This document shows, one piece after another, positions 40,787 to 53,400 of a stretch of DNA of 64,000 bases. Origin of the DNA: Paramecium tetraurelia (Eukaryota); assembly GCA_000165425.1 (NCBI GenBank), contig CT868019.1, positions 310,001 through 374,000 on the forward strand, in the 5' to 3' direction. Each line of letters starts with the position of its first letter. The first letter of the stretch is position 1. The notes below the pieces were generated by a model that saw only the letters and a program-made list of their open reading frames with translations, was not told the origin of the DNA and searched no databases. A program made the position numbers and the translations under genes.

Positions 40787-41728
40787 TCATTTCCCGACTA
40801 TTTCTACTTTAGCTCCTAACGTTTTAACAATACAACAAAAATACAATTCCCTTTTATCATTTAGTAATACTACTGAATAACCTTCTTCAGGTTTCTAAAA
40901 TTATATTAAATTTTTACTTAAACTTTTATCCAAGTGACTCTTTTGATGGTTGGCTCATAAGTCACTTAAATAACATCTCTTTCACCGAATTTAAAACCTT
41001 TGGTCTTCCAATTATATTCATCTTGTTCTGTATTTATAGTGTCTATTGTTAAAAATCATGTTACATGAATCTTAAAAGCAAACAAAAGCTCCATTGTTAA
41101 CTTAATTCAACTAAGGTCTAAAATTTTTTGTTTTTAAAATCTATAAATCACAAATTCCAACTCCAATATCGCCTACAAATTTTGGAAACCTGAATTATAT
41201 TGTACTAGTTTCTATTGAATTCAGTTATTAATCAGTTAGAGCAAAGCAATAATGAGTTTAACTTTGAGTTTATTCAATCATAATTTCTTCATTTATTTAT
41301 ATGCTTTGAAATTTGTTAGTAAGATCAAATTTGTATAAGGATTATGAATATATCGGGATGATTCTAAGATCCATTTATAATGTCTCTTAAATTTATTATT
41401 CCCATAATTTCAAAGTCTTTTAAATCCTTGTCACTAATTGATCACTAAACCTTGGGAAATATTCATTGTTTTTCTGATAGGAAATTTTATTCCAAATTTG
41501 AGCTATCTCTTGCACTTCATCATCATTTAGTGTAGAATTATCATTTTCAATAATATTTTGACAAATTGAATCAAGTTCATCCCTTTGAGAAAGCTCATAA
41601 ATTATAGTTTCTATTTAATTTTCGAGTTTTTCGAGTTAAACTAGAACACTCGATTTAAAATTAGAGTAAATTGATCGTACTTCTTGAATTTTTAGATATA
41701 TTGCAAAGTTATCTTTATTTGTAAACAT
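40787..41728 (-). CDS. Hypothetical protein with a C-terminal SPRY/B30.2-like beta domain
   Basis: MFTNKDNF...; C-terminal IGVGICDL...GFKFGERDVIQVTYEP...LYFCCIVKTLGAKVEIVGK* follows a SPRY-like pattern. Confidence 0.65.
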
Positions 41729-42174
41729 TTAAATAAAAATATTAAAAAATATTACAATAAAATTATGCTTTCTTTATATTTAAATACAATAAAATCAAAT
41801 AATGTGATAAATACTGTTTGCTCAAATCGATTTTTACATATAACAATCATTTCAACTCAAGTTTTACTGTCTAAAATGTATAATTATCTTTTTCATATCA
41901 TTATTAATCTATTTACCAAGATGAAATCAAATGAAAATTATTTAATAATGTTTAAATAATCAAAATATAAATCGGCTTCACATTTTATGGAAATGCTTTT
42001 GTTTATTTAAAGTTTATTAAGTATAGAAATAAAAGTAAAATAAATAGAGTGATTTTAAGATTTTAACATTTTTATACAATCTATATTTATATTACCTAAC
42101 ATAATCTGACGGAAATTCAATATGATAATGTTTCTTGAGTGGAAAAAATCTGATATTTATTAAGAAATAATTTT

Positions 42175-45100
42175 ATGGATTAGAAGAAAATTGATCCTCT
42201 GATTTTGGAAGCCTTGACCAATCCAGACCCTGACATTCAATATATGAGAGCTGAAGAACTCACAAATGAGTTGACAACATATTATGGAAAACCAGAATAA
42301 GGGATGGAAGATGAAAAGAATCAAAAGTTAATTAATAATTGCTATAGAGTATTTTATTAGCATTTATCATCTCAATATAGAGAAATTCAAGGTATTGGAA
42401 TCGAATTATTTATAATAGGAAATGCAATTAGATAATTTTAAAGATTGGCTCCTTTGATGAGATCAAGGGAAGTATCATATATTTCTCTAGAATTATTGAA
42501 GTCGTCTATAGAAGGAATGAGTGATGTAAGAGAAAATTATCACATTTGCCTTCAAGAAATAGTAGAAAAGATTTCAAGTCAAGTTATCAGCTTAGAAGAA
42601 GTTTAAGAAACAATTATATAAAGTAAATCTAATTATAGATAATAGAATTGGATGAATTGAAAGTAAATGTTAAGAAGTTGTAGGTGTCAAATTAAATAGT
42701 CCATCAAGAAATCTAGAAAAATGTTGAAATATAGGCTGAACTCCTTAAGATTTTAAGTTTAATAATGTCTAGATGGCCCAAATTATACTATAAAGACTTT
42801 GGAGATTTATTATTGGATAATATCACAAACTCAAATGAATTGTCAATAAGAAAAAATTCATGCGTATGTCTCGGTCATTTGGGAGCATGCCTAAATCAAG
42901 AAAGTCTAAATCATTTAATCCAATAAAGTATATAATCAAAATATATGCAATAATAGAAATACTTCCATTTACAAAGGAATTAAAATTTGATTAACAAAAT
43001 TTCACTAAAATTCTTTACTTAAATTAGAGTTTGAATTATTTAGCAAAGAGTTCTGGAAAATATTTTGATAAAACCTTAGTGGAATAGATTTTTTATAGAT
43101 ACATTTAGACACAAAATGAACATAGTAAAATAGATTTAGACAATATTAATTAATATGCTGAGATATTAGAAATTTAATTGCTTACAATAAATTACTTACT
43201 ATCAAATTATTATGCACGTTCATTTGACCTCTAATTAATTGAGTAAATAACACCTTTGATTGATTTTGATCCCTTAGGAGTAGCAACAATCGAAGAAGAA
43301 AATGCATATGAAGATGATTATTATGCTGATGAAAGTAAATTTGTATAATAAATTCATTAGCCTCTGATTCAACATGGAGAGTAAGAAGATGTGCATTATA
43401 TACATTCTAAGAGTTATTGAAGATTCAACCATAACTCTATAAACTAATTCTGTCGGCTCTGTTTGGACCAAATCAGATCATTATGAAAAGGATGAATGAA
43501 AAAAATCCAGAAATTAAATTATCTATTATTTAATTTTTGATTGGTTTGGTTTAAGCATCTGCTATTATAAAGGAGGATATAAATATAATGGAAGTTGAAT
43601 AATTATCTTTGATCAAGCAAAGATCTATCCCAGCCTCTATCTCACTTATTGAATTGGTAGAATAGTTATTGGAATAAATTTAATCTATCTTTAAAGACTC
43701 TTAGGAACAATAGTCTTTAAAATCAGAAACCACAAAATTATTATTAGCAATTGGGCAATATTTCCACTCCCAAATTTAGACATCACATTCATGTTTTTCA
43801 AAAATTGTTGAAATCATCAATGAATCAATTACTGGTTCTTCTATGCATTATTCTAATGAATAAAAAGTAATTCTATATCTATATAATATTAGCTTGCTTC
43901 TATTTTAACAATGAAAACTATACTTAAAATTACAGAGTCAGCAGAATTTTAAGTGTAAATTTTGCAGCAAATGGTTTTGATACTTCTTGAAGCAGTCAAT
44001 TAAAAGTATATCAGAATTCAGGTTGAAGGTTATAATACCTTAGAAAAGATAATTGAAGTGTTTAAATTGAACTTTGAAGAGGTAACATTCTCATAGTCTT
44101 TGGCATAAATCAAATAAAATCTGATCACAAAAATATTGATCGATAATTTAGATCAAGAGATCAAGTAAAGCTTATTTTCACTTGCAGCTACACTCTTCAA
44201 AAACTTTGGATCAATATTTTCAAAAGCAGAAGTTGAATAATTAGCTTAAATCTCTTTGGTCAGATTATAAATTGAAGCCCTAACTAACAATATCATCAAT
44301 CTTGTCTAATATTTCAAAAATCTAAATGACCCTAAAGTGTTAATTTCAAATATTGCTAATTAACTTTAGAGAAATGATAAGGCTTAAACATATAATACTT
44401 TAATTCAGTTAATCCAAAACAATAAAGTTGATCAATAGTTAGCAGTTGATATCCTAAACAGGTTCAAATAGATCACAATAGAAAACTATGATTTGTAAAT
44501 TTAGACTTTACAAGTATTGATTAAAGTTACAGGCATCAAATTACCTGAATAACTTATAAGGGAGTCAGTTAAAATTGGATTGTATCAAACAAAAATAAAG
44601 AGTGAAATTGAAGATTACTTCCATTTAATAAATTAACCTTAGATAATTGAATAGGAAGTTTCCAGACAACTAGGAAAGGAAGAATTATATCCTGCTGGAT
44701 AAATATATTGCTAGATATTAAAAAACGTTCCAGGCTCACTCAGTTCTTTATATTCTTCAATAGGCACTAACAGATAGTTAAAATTATCAACTTTAAGATT
44801 CTTGCATAAATATTAAAAAGACTAAAAAGCAATAGAGATTTTATGCAAATTAATCAAGGATAATTAGGACTCTGATTTAGCTGCTATTGTAATAGGATCA
44901 GCTATTTCTGATATTCAATAAATATAAAATTTGATTGAATAAAATCCTAATTAATACTAGTTTTATCAAGCATTAAAGGAATTCACAGAAATTAATACTA
45001 TTTCTAATCCTGCAAATATTGCTAGTTATATTTTGAATTAGGTTAATGGAAAAGATAAAACAATATCCACCATATGTGGTGACATTTTGGGTGGTTTAGT

Positions 45101-45857
45101 AAAGTAGAATTATAAATCTTTAGAACAAATTTTGTTTGAGAGTCTTAAAAGTCCTTCTTAGAATGTCAGATTTTCTTGCATTCAAAGTCTAAAATATTCC
45201 AATCAATGGGCCAGCAAATCTTAAATCCTATTTGAGATGTTGTAAAATGAAAAGGACATTCAAATACTAACTGCAATCATCAAAGCACTCACCTAAAACA
45301 TATAACATATTAAATTAATCAATTTAACTTAATATTTAACATTTACTTTAAGGAGATATGAGGAAAAAGAATTAAATTTTGGTAATTTTGTTGAGAAAAG
45401 GGATGATGCTAAGGATCTAAGATCTCTGTCCTTTGATTTATTAGAATTATTCATAGATAAATACAATCTTGAAATGAAACCAATTTTAGTAGAAGTCTTT
45501 GATAAATTTGGTAAGAGTTATCTTAATATTTCATAGTTGAGGATAAATATGACGAAACTAGAATACCCAGATTAAGAATTATCTAGAAGATCGTTAAAAA
45601 GGATCCTGTGATATTGGGTCAATATTATGAAATTTTAATCAAAACTTTCGAACCTATTCTTAAGACATTGATTTAAAATTTACAAAAATAAGATTAAGTA
45701 AAATATTTTGAAATAATATAAGAATTTAGATAAAGAAAAAGAAAAAATCAGATTAATAGTCTAGATACTATAAGGACTAAGGTAAAATTCCAAAGAAGTA
45801 GATGAAATTTACAGAAAATACGTAACTAAATAAATTTAGGATTTTGTATGCTAATGA
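42175..45857 (+). CDS. CAND1: Cullin-associated NEDD8-dissociated protein 1 homologue (HEAT repeats), divergent
   Basis: N-terminus LEALTNPDPDIQYMRAEELTNEL (cf. LEKMTSSDKDFRFMATNDL). Acidic loop FDP...EDDYYADE..DSTWRVRRCA. C-terminal hairpin KELNFGNFVEKRDDAKDLR (cf. EVEMGPFKHTVDDGLDIR). Confidence 0.85.
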
Positions 45858-45936
45858 GAATGAAAATTTTATTAAAAAAAAGCCAGTCAAATAAGTTATT
45901 TTAATTAGTAATATAATTTCAATAATATCTGTGATT

Positions 45937-46967
45937 TCATTATTCCTCCCATGAAATTCGTTTCCCTTTTTACCAAAGTCCATATTTTCCTTTCTTGTTA
46001 ATAGAAAAATATCCTCGACCGTGTTATTTACCGTTTTCCCACTCTCCTTCATATTTCCTTCCATCTCCCCAGTCATAAATGCCAAAACCCTTATTATAAA
46101 CTATTGAATAAGATTTACATGCTTTTTATCATTGAAGTATAATCCTTCATATCTTCTACCATCTGGCCAAGTATATATACCTCTGCCATGCATATTACCA
46201 AAATAAAAATCTCCTTCGTACTTTCTTCCATCTGCCCAAATTAAAATTCCCTTTCCTGATATTTTATTTTGAAACCAATCCCCTTCGTATTTTTAGCCAT
46301 TGTTCCAATTATATTTACCTTGGCCATGTTTATAAGAATTCTAAAAATAGCCTTCATATAAAGAGCCATCAGGCCATATTTCGATACCATATCCATGTTG
46401 CTTATCATTGAACCATTCCCCCTCATATTTTGGACCAGCAACATGTTAATAGACTCCATATCCATTCGACATGTCATTTTCCCATTCTCCTTCATAAATA
46501 TCCCCATTAACGTGTGTAAATTTACCTCTTCCATTGGCTTTATTATGTTTCCATTCCCCCTCATATTTAGCACCATCTGGCCAAATTTGGATTCCATATC
46601 CATCCCTTGAATTTCCTCTCCATTCACCTGTATAAGTGGCTCCTCCAGGGAATCTAGCTTTAAGAATTTTATACGTAAAAGTAGGTTTTTCAATTCTGGG
46701 TTTGTCATCTTGATTTATTGTGATTCCGCTTTCCACAGTATCTGTTTCTAAGGCACAAAGTATTTTATGATCAGCTGCTTTAGTACGCTCTCTGTAACTC
46801 CTCCAGTATTTTTAGATTACAATAGCCATTTTACTTTTTATTAACCAAGTCTTCTCAGTTTTAGAAGGACCTGTAGGAATTGAAATACATTCCTAATTGA
46901 TTCATAAGATTACTTAAATATCATTCCCTCTCTTATCACAATTACATTGAGAACACTGAGAACCCAT
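45937..46967 (-). CDS. Acylated IQ + MORN-repeat protein
   Basis: [10 protein letters not shown] (N-myristoylation/palmitoylation-like), IQ motif [12 protein letters not shown], then about 9 MORN repeats ([16 protein letters not shown] etc.). Confidence 0.9.
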
Positions 46968-47034
46968 TTAAAAATATAATTATATTTGACATTACTTTCA
47001 TTTGAACAATTTATTTTAATAAAATATAACGATT

Positions 47035-48175
47035 ATGTTAGCTGACAAAACCAGTGCTTATGTGAATTAAAGTTCTGTTTAAGCTAAATAGCCAAGCAAA
47101 AGAGTGGTAATGTGTATTTATCATTCTAGCAACTTGACATTCAATATGTTGCATAAACCTTCGAAAAAACTCAATCCATTAATAATCTCCAAGATATGTT
47201 CCCAGATAGCAAATCCACCGATTTAAGACATTCAATTACAACTGAAGAAAGTGAAATTGAGAAATTATCTCAAGCCTATGCAGATAAATACTATTATGAG
47301 ATGAAATTCGAGTAATACTAAAATTTGCTTACATAATAATAAGGCACAATCACCAAGCTATTGAATGAAAAAAAGGAACTGCTTGGGAGATTAGAATCTG
47401 CTAAAAGTAATGAAAAAGAAATTAGTCTGTTGTAATAATTAGAGGTTAAATTTCTTGAAAGCCAAAAAGAGAAACAATAGTTACAAATAGAATGTTAATA
47501 ATATAAATATTAAGTTGAATAACTGCTTGCTGCTAATAATGAATTACAATAATCCTTTCAATCCTTACATAATTAATTTGTTGAATACAAAGATAAATAG
47601 GATAAGTACTCAATTAAACAATAAGAATTAATTGATAAATTAACTGATGATATTGGAAACAAAAAATATTTACAAGAAATTCATTCCCAAATGAAAACAA
47701 TCAAATAATAAAACAATCAACTTTCTTAATAATTATCTTCATAGGAACATAATTTCAAACTCAAACTGTAAGAAATACAAGAGAAGTATGTTATACAAAA
47801 CAATGAATTGTAATAAGACTGTGAATCTCAACTTGAGTAAAAGGAAGAAGAATTGCATTTACTAAAAATGGGACTTGAAAAACAAAAATCAGAAACTCAA
47901 AAACTATTGAATGAAAATATATCTCTATAAAGCCATATTTAATAATTGACATAGAAGTATAAAATTTAATTTATCCTAGTTACCAAGATGATATATAAGC
48001 TTAAGCATCACTACTTTCAGATTAAGTGGCAGAATACAAAATAGTTATATAAAATCTTGAAAACCAATTATATCAAATGAACCTTGAAATAAAACAAAGA
48101 GATCGATCTTCTTCGAAGGATAGCATTATGAATTCAAGATTGATTTCCAATTATATTAGCAGATGTAAGCAATGA
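47035..48175 (+). CDS. Coiled-coil hypothetical protein
   Basis: MLADKTSAY...; long E/K/Q-rich heptads; two tiny introns; TGA at 48173-48175. Confidence 0.7.
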
Positions 48176-48372
48176 AAATCAAGGTCTATTCTATTGATAT
48201 TTTATTTTTTAGATAAATCCTAAAGATTTATCAAAATCAAAGACTATTTTTATTAATTTATATAAGCAGCTCTAATTTATAATAAATTTATTAAATGTAT
48301 TTCTATAGAATTTGTATCACCTCATTTTTAATAGAATTACCATATATCCATTTTCATTATTTAAATTATCTA

Positions 48373-49406
48373 ATGAATATCTTTTTAAATGGCTAAAACA
48401 CTCCAATAATGGAATCCACTACATTTTCTGAACTACTTTAACGTCTAGGGATCACTGATTATAGCAAAGTTATTATTTACAGAAATGATTCACAATTAAT
48501 ATTATAGAATTATAACTGCTAAGTCAAAGGCTTTTTATATGCTAATGATAGGATCTCAATACAGGTTAATAATGATATGATCCCAATGCAGGCTAATGTT
48601 CCTTATAGGCCAATAATTAATACAACTCCAAATTTTTATAGTTCTGAACAGAATCAAACCCAAAATCCGTAACACAGGGCAACAAATGCATAATTTCCAA
48701 TTAATAACTCATAGGGATTAAACCCTTCATTTAATTAATAATTCAATTTTCCATAAGGCTAATAACAAAAATTTTAATAATTCAACCAACAACCCTCCCA
48801 GCAATATAATCAAACATTAAACTAACAATAAAACTAACAATTTAGTCAACAATTTAGCCAACCATTTAATCAAACATTAAACCCACCAACAAACCCAACA
48901 CCTTAATATTAATAGCCAAAAATTTAAACAAGTGGAACTTTTTAAAATAATTTTCAACCTTAACCTTAAACATAAAAAATTGATTTTCCAGTAAATAATA
49001 ATGTAGAGGAGGATGTTTTTTCAACATAATTTTAAAATTAAACTTATGATCAATAAAGATAAAATTATTTGAATAACAAAATGAATAATCCAGGAGAGTA
49101 CAAGTAATTAAATTGTGTTATTTTAGTTTATGTCGCGATATTGATGGTTTTAAATTCACTCTCGATAATTATGGTGATGTATTAATAATTGAAAAAGCTG
49201 ATTAATCATTATAGTTACGAATAACTAGTGCATATAAAATGAATAAGGGTAAACGTTAATCGACTCCTTTAAGTACAAACGAGTTTGAATCTAATGTACG
49301 AATGGAACTCAATTATACTCGAGTGGCATTAATTCAAAACAAAGACATATTGGCTGTGTAATTCAACACTGGTGACAAAATATTTATCAACTTGCACATG
49401 GAGTGA
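48373..49406 (+). CDS. Hypothetical protein: ThiS/ubiquitin-like N-terminal domain, Q/N/P-rich linker, beta-rich C-terminal domain
   Basis: MNIFLNGQNTPIMESTTFSELLQRLGITDYSKVIIYRND...LYANDRISIQ, then NQQF-rich low complexity, a 23-nt intron and a ~95-aa C-terminal domain. An in-frame upstream ATG lies at 48295. Confidence 0.7.
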
Positions 49407-49469
49407 GATATAATGTTAGATTTTAATAATTATTGATTTTCTTTTTTTATCCATAAATTATTATAAAAA

Positions 49470-50358
49470 ATGACTTGTTGTTAAAAAAGTGCTTCCTTAA
49501 TTTTGATCAGAGATGATTTTAAAGTCTTGATGTTAAAAAGAAGCAATGAAATTTCATTTGGAGGATCCTTTGTTTTTCCGGGAGGGATTCTAGAAGAAAC
49601 AGATTATAAAATAGCTCTAGCAGATTCATAATTAATTTAGCAAAATCAATAAAGATACTATTGCTCTCTTAATCAAGATTGGTATGATGCATCATTGATT
49701 GCTGCTATAAGAGAAACCACTGAAGAAACTAATATATAGTTAGAATATAAATAATTATATTCCAAGATCAAGCCATTCATGAGGATAGTCACTCCTCAGA
49801 TGATGGAAAAAAGATATGACACTTAGTTTTTTGTTTTAAATTTAAACAATTACGATCAATTAGAAATCAATAAGACTGAGAGCGCCAGTTATGAATGGGA
49901 TAATCCTGTTGGATTTTTATAAAAATTCATTAATAGCTAGATATACTTATAACCACCAATATTCTTGTAGTTGCTAATACTAAATTAATTAGGAAGTTAT
50001 TAAAATATCATTAGTTACATTGATTCAGGAGATTAATAAAAACATGCCCATCCCCATATTTTCTAATTTAGTAAGTATTATTACTAGTTTTTAATAAGGC
50101 TATAAAGGAGCATTTAATTATCCTGATCCAAATTTCAATTTATAAAAGTTGCTGGAAGCTGAATAAACAGACTATTTAAAAAAAGAATTCAAAACCAGAT
50201 ATACTCAAATGGAGAGGTCAGATTTTAGATTTGAATTTGAGGCAAACTTAAAGAGTTTGACTGGGTTTATAGGAAAGTTTAAGAATTCACCATTAGCATT
50301 GTTGGATGGCCAAATTATAAATAATGGCCAATTCATACAAAATAAGGCAAGGTTATGA
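49470..50358 (+). CDS. Nudix hydrolase, NUDT19-like (acyl-CoA diphosphatase), with C-terminal PTS1
   Basis: SASLILIR..KVLMLKRS...FVFPGG...AAIRETTEETNI (split Nudix box); VTPQMMEKRYDTQFF; ends in ...NKARL*. Confidence 0.88.
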
Positions 50359-50404
50359 GATTAAAATATAAAATGAATTAATTAATGATATTTGTATTGT
50401 ATAA

Positions 50405-53400
50405 TCACTAAAATTGGAAAGTTTGTTAAGCTTTTGGTTTAGACTATCGTTAAACACTACCCGAATTAATATTAATTCTGTTGTTGTCTCGCAACACATC
50501 ATGTTACACAGCAGGACTTTATGCTTTAGTTTAGATTAAAGGATTATCTTTTTATACAGCATAGAATTTTTGTTTCATAACTAATAAATCTTTTTCCAAT
50601 AGTTTAATATTTAAGGTTTTTTCCTTCTTAATCTTTATTCCTCTGTTAAATTTCTTATTTGCAATCCTAAAATTATAAATTAGTCTTACAATCAACTCCT
50701 AAATAAGTAATTACACAGATTAGATGATCTTGTCTCCATCGCTGCCTTTGATTGTTGAAAATTTATTTTTAACTCCACTTAAATTCAAAATTTAATTAAG
50801 TTTAGTCATCTCATTATTGAGTCTCTAATTTTCAACTATCAATTTTTGCTATGATAATCTAACAACATAAATACCATATCTAATTTAGATGTATTATATT
50901 AATTATCTGAATCAGTGTTTTTTCTTGTCTATTATTATTACTATAATAGTTTATTTTTTTCTTCAATTTCCTTCTATAATTATTCTGATAAGTATAGTTT
51001 TTCTTATTTCAAACAAGAATTTCTCTTGTTTTATAGTATTTAAGTATCGTATTTTTTATGAAGGATTATTATGCCCTCCAAGTTAAGCAATATCTTTTTG
51101 CATCTCTTCAATTTACTTATAGAGCATAGATCTTTCATTGTTCGATTTGGTTAATTTTTCATGTTACTCTTGTAATTCCTTCTTTAATTTACCATTCTCA
51201 TCTTCTAAAGCGTGCATTTGCATCAGTGCTTGATCTTTTTGGTCTTTCATTTATTCATTTTCATCTTCTCGTTCTTAATTTTAGGACTATTAAGATAAAT
51301 CTAACAATTACTAATATAGCATTATGTTCAGCCTCTAATTTTAGATACTAATCCTTGATATCATTAATTTCCTTCTCTTATTACTTACAAAACTCCTTTG
51401 CTCTATCATGAACATTTTTCAGTGTCTCTTCGTTCTACAAGAGAGCTTACTCTAATTGTACAATAATCTTTAAATATAATAATAAATTATACTTATTATT
51501 TTTTATCGATCTTCTGTTTTAACTCATTGTTTTCTTTTGAAACTTTTTCAGCAATATGACTATATTGTTCTCTTATTTAGGACTCTTATTTCATTTAAGA
51601 TTCTAATCTAGTGAATTGATCCTTTAAGAGATTGTATTTATCTTATTATTCACTGACTTAGATGTTTTATAAGTCATTTTATTTTTGGATTGATTGATAT
51701 TTATGCACATTTTCCTAAATCTAATAACTACTTTCTTCTAATTGATTTTTCAATTAAATGTTGGCATTTTCAAGACCTTAGATTATTTTCTAATAATAAA
51801 TAATAATATTACTGTAAACTTATTTTAATCAGACTTTAATTTATCTTTGAGCTATTGAATGTCTTTTTGAGTTTACTGATTTACATCCTCTTTTGTTTCA
51901 AATGCACATTATAATCCATTTACTTATTTATTTAACTATTCAATTTATTGATCCTTCTATTATAATTACTTCTAGTGAATATCCAATTAATCTACTAACT
52001 CTTAAACTTCCTTTTTGTGTTAATCTTCATACTTTTTTAAATGCAGAGAATATTGTTTAATTTCTAATTCTAATTACTTAGTTAATTTCTTAACGATTGA
52101 TTTATTTTCATCAACTTGAGATTATTTTTAATCCAATTCAACTCTCATCTAATCTATTTCTTCATGTTATGAATCAATATGTTGATTTAATTATGATATT
52201 TCCTTTTTGAGTTAGGAATTATCCTTAGAGGTTAATTCTAATTATTGTTGTAGGTTTGTATTTAGATGATTTAATTATAACTTTAATTAATCTACCTATT
52301 GTTCTTTTTATTGCAAATCATTTAGACTAGCATTTAATCGTTATTCAAGTTTGTGGATCTCCTTTTACTTATCATTGATTTAGAGTTTTAAGATGTTGTT
52401 ATCAATTTCCATTTAATCTGTTTCCTTCTTCCAAATTTCAGAACTTTTATCAAGAATCTGATTTTATTTATTAAATTCTTATTGCATGAATTCTAATTCT
52501 GAATCTTTTTCATTGATGTTATTAGTCAAACATTGAATTTGAGATTATAATGAATTAAATTTAATTGACCATTCATTACATTATTGTTCTAATTGGTTTA
52601 TCGTTTATTTAAACTTATTTGATTCACATTCAACCTCCTTTATTTTATCATTTAAAGCTGTTTTTTCATTAGTCAATTATTCGATTGTTCTTATCTTAAT
52701 TTATAATTTTTAAGTCATATCTTACAATTTACCTTACTATTAAATTTCCATTGTGTTTCTGCTTTATTAGTTCTCATTCTCTATCGAGACTATTTTTTAT
52801 TATAACTATTGTATTTCCTTTGACTAGCTCTCTATTTTGGACTTATGCTATAACAAATCTCTTTTCAATTCGGAATTAACTTAGTCCTTTTGTTCCAACC
52901 TAGCTTACAAAGAGATGTAGAGTTCATGAACTTGGTTATAATGATCCGATGTTTCTTGAATTACAGCCTGCTTACTTTCTAATTGCTTTTACAATAAGTC
53001 TACACTGGACATCTGCTCTTTTTGAATATCTTCAAACTCTAATTTCTATGTTTCTATAATGCTCTCCAAATGCGAAGCCCTTTACGTTTCATTTTGCAAT
53101 TTTTAATTTAACAACTATAAAGTTTATCAAATAAATTACATTTATTTAGAATTCCTATGAAGACTACAATTCAGAAATTTAATTATCTTTTTCTTTAATT
53201 ATGCAATTCAATTAATGGATCTAAAAGTTGTAAATAATATATTACTTCTTAATTCAAAATGCCTAAATCACAATCATTTTTTGCACTCAATTGCGATAAG
53301 AACAATTCAAAATCCTTTTTCTATTGTTTCAATTAATCTTAGTAATTCTTCTCTAAGTCTGAATTTTAAATTTATTAATTTTATTAAAATACAATCATTT

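Noticed and set aside
40553..40790. Signal-peptide-like ORF (MKSFLFVTIIYISIISC) starting in an ATGA overlap with the SPRY-like gene stop and spliceable onto the next gene
   Set aside because: It needs an atypical 37-nt intron and has no room for a promoter. AT-rich DNA readily gives hydrophobic ORFs in this code.
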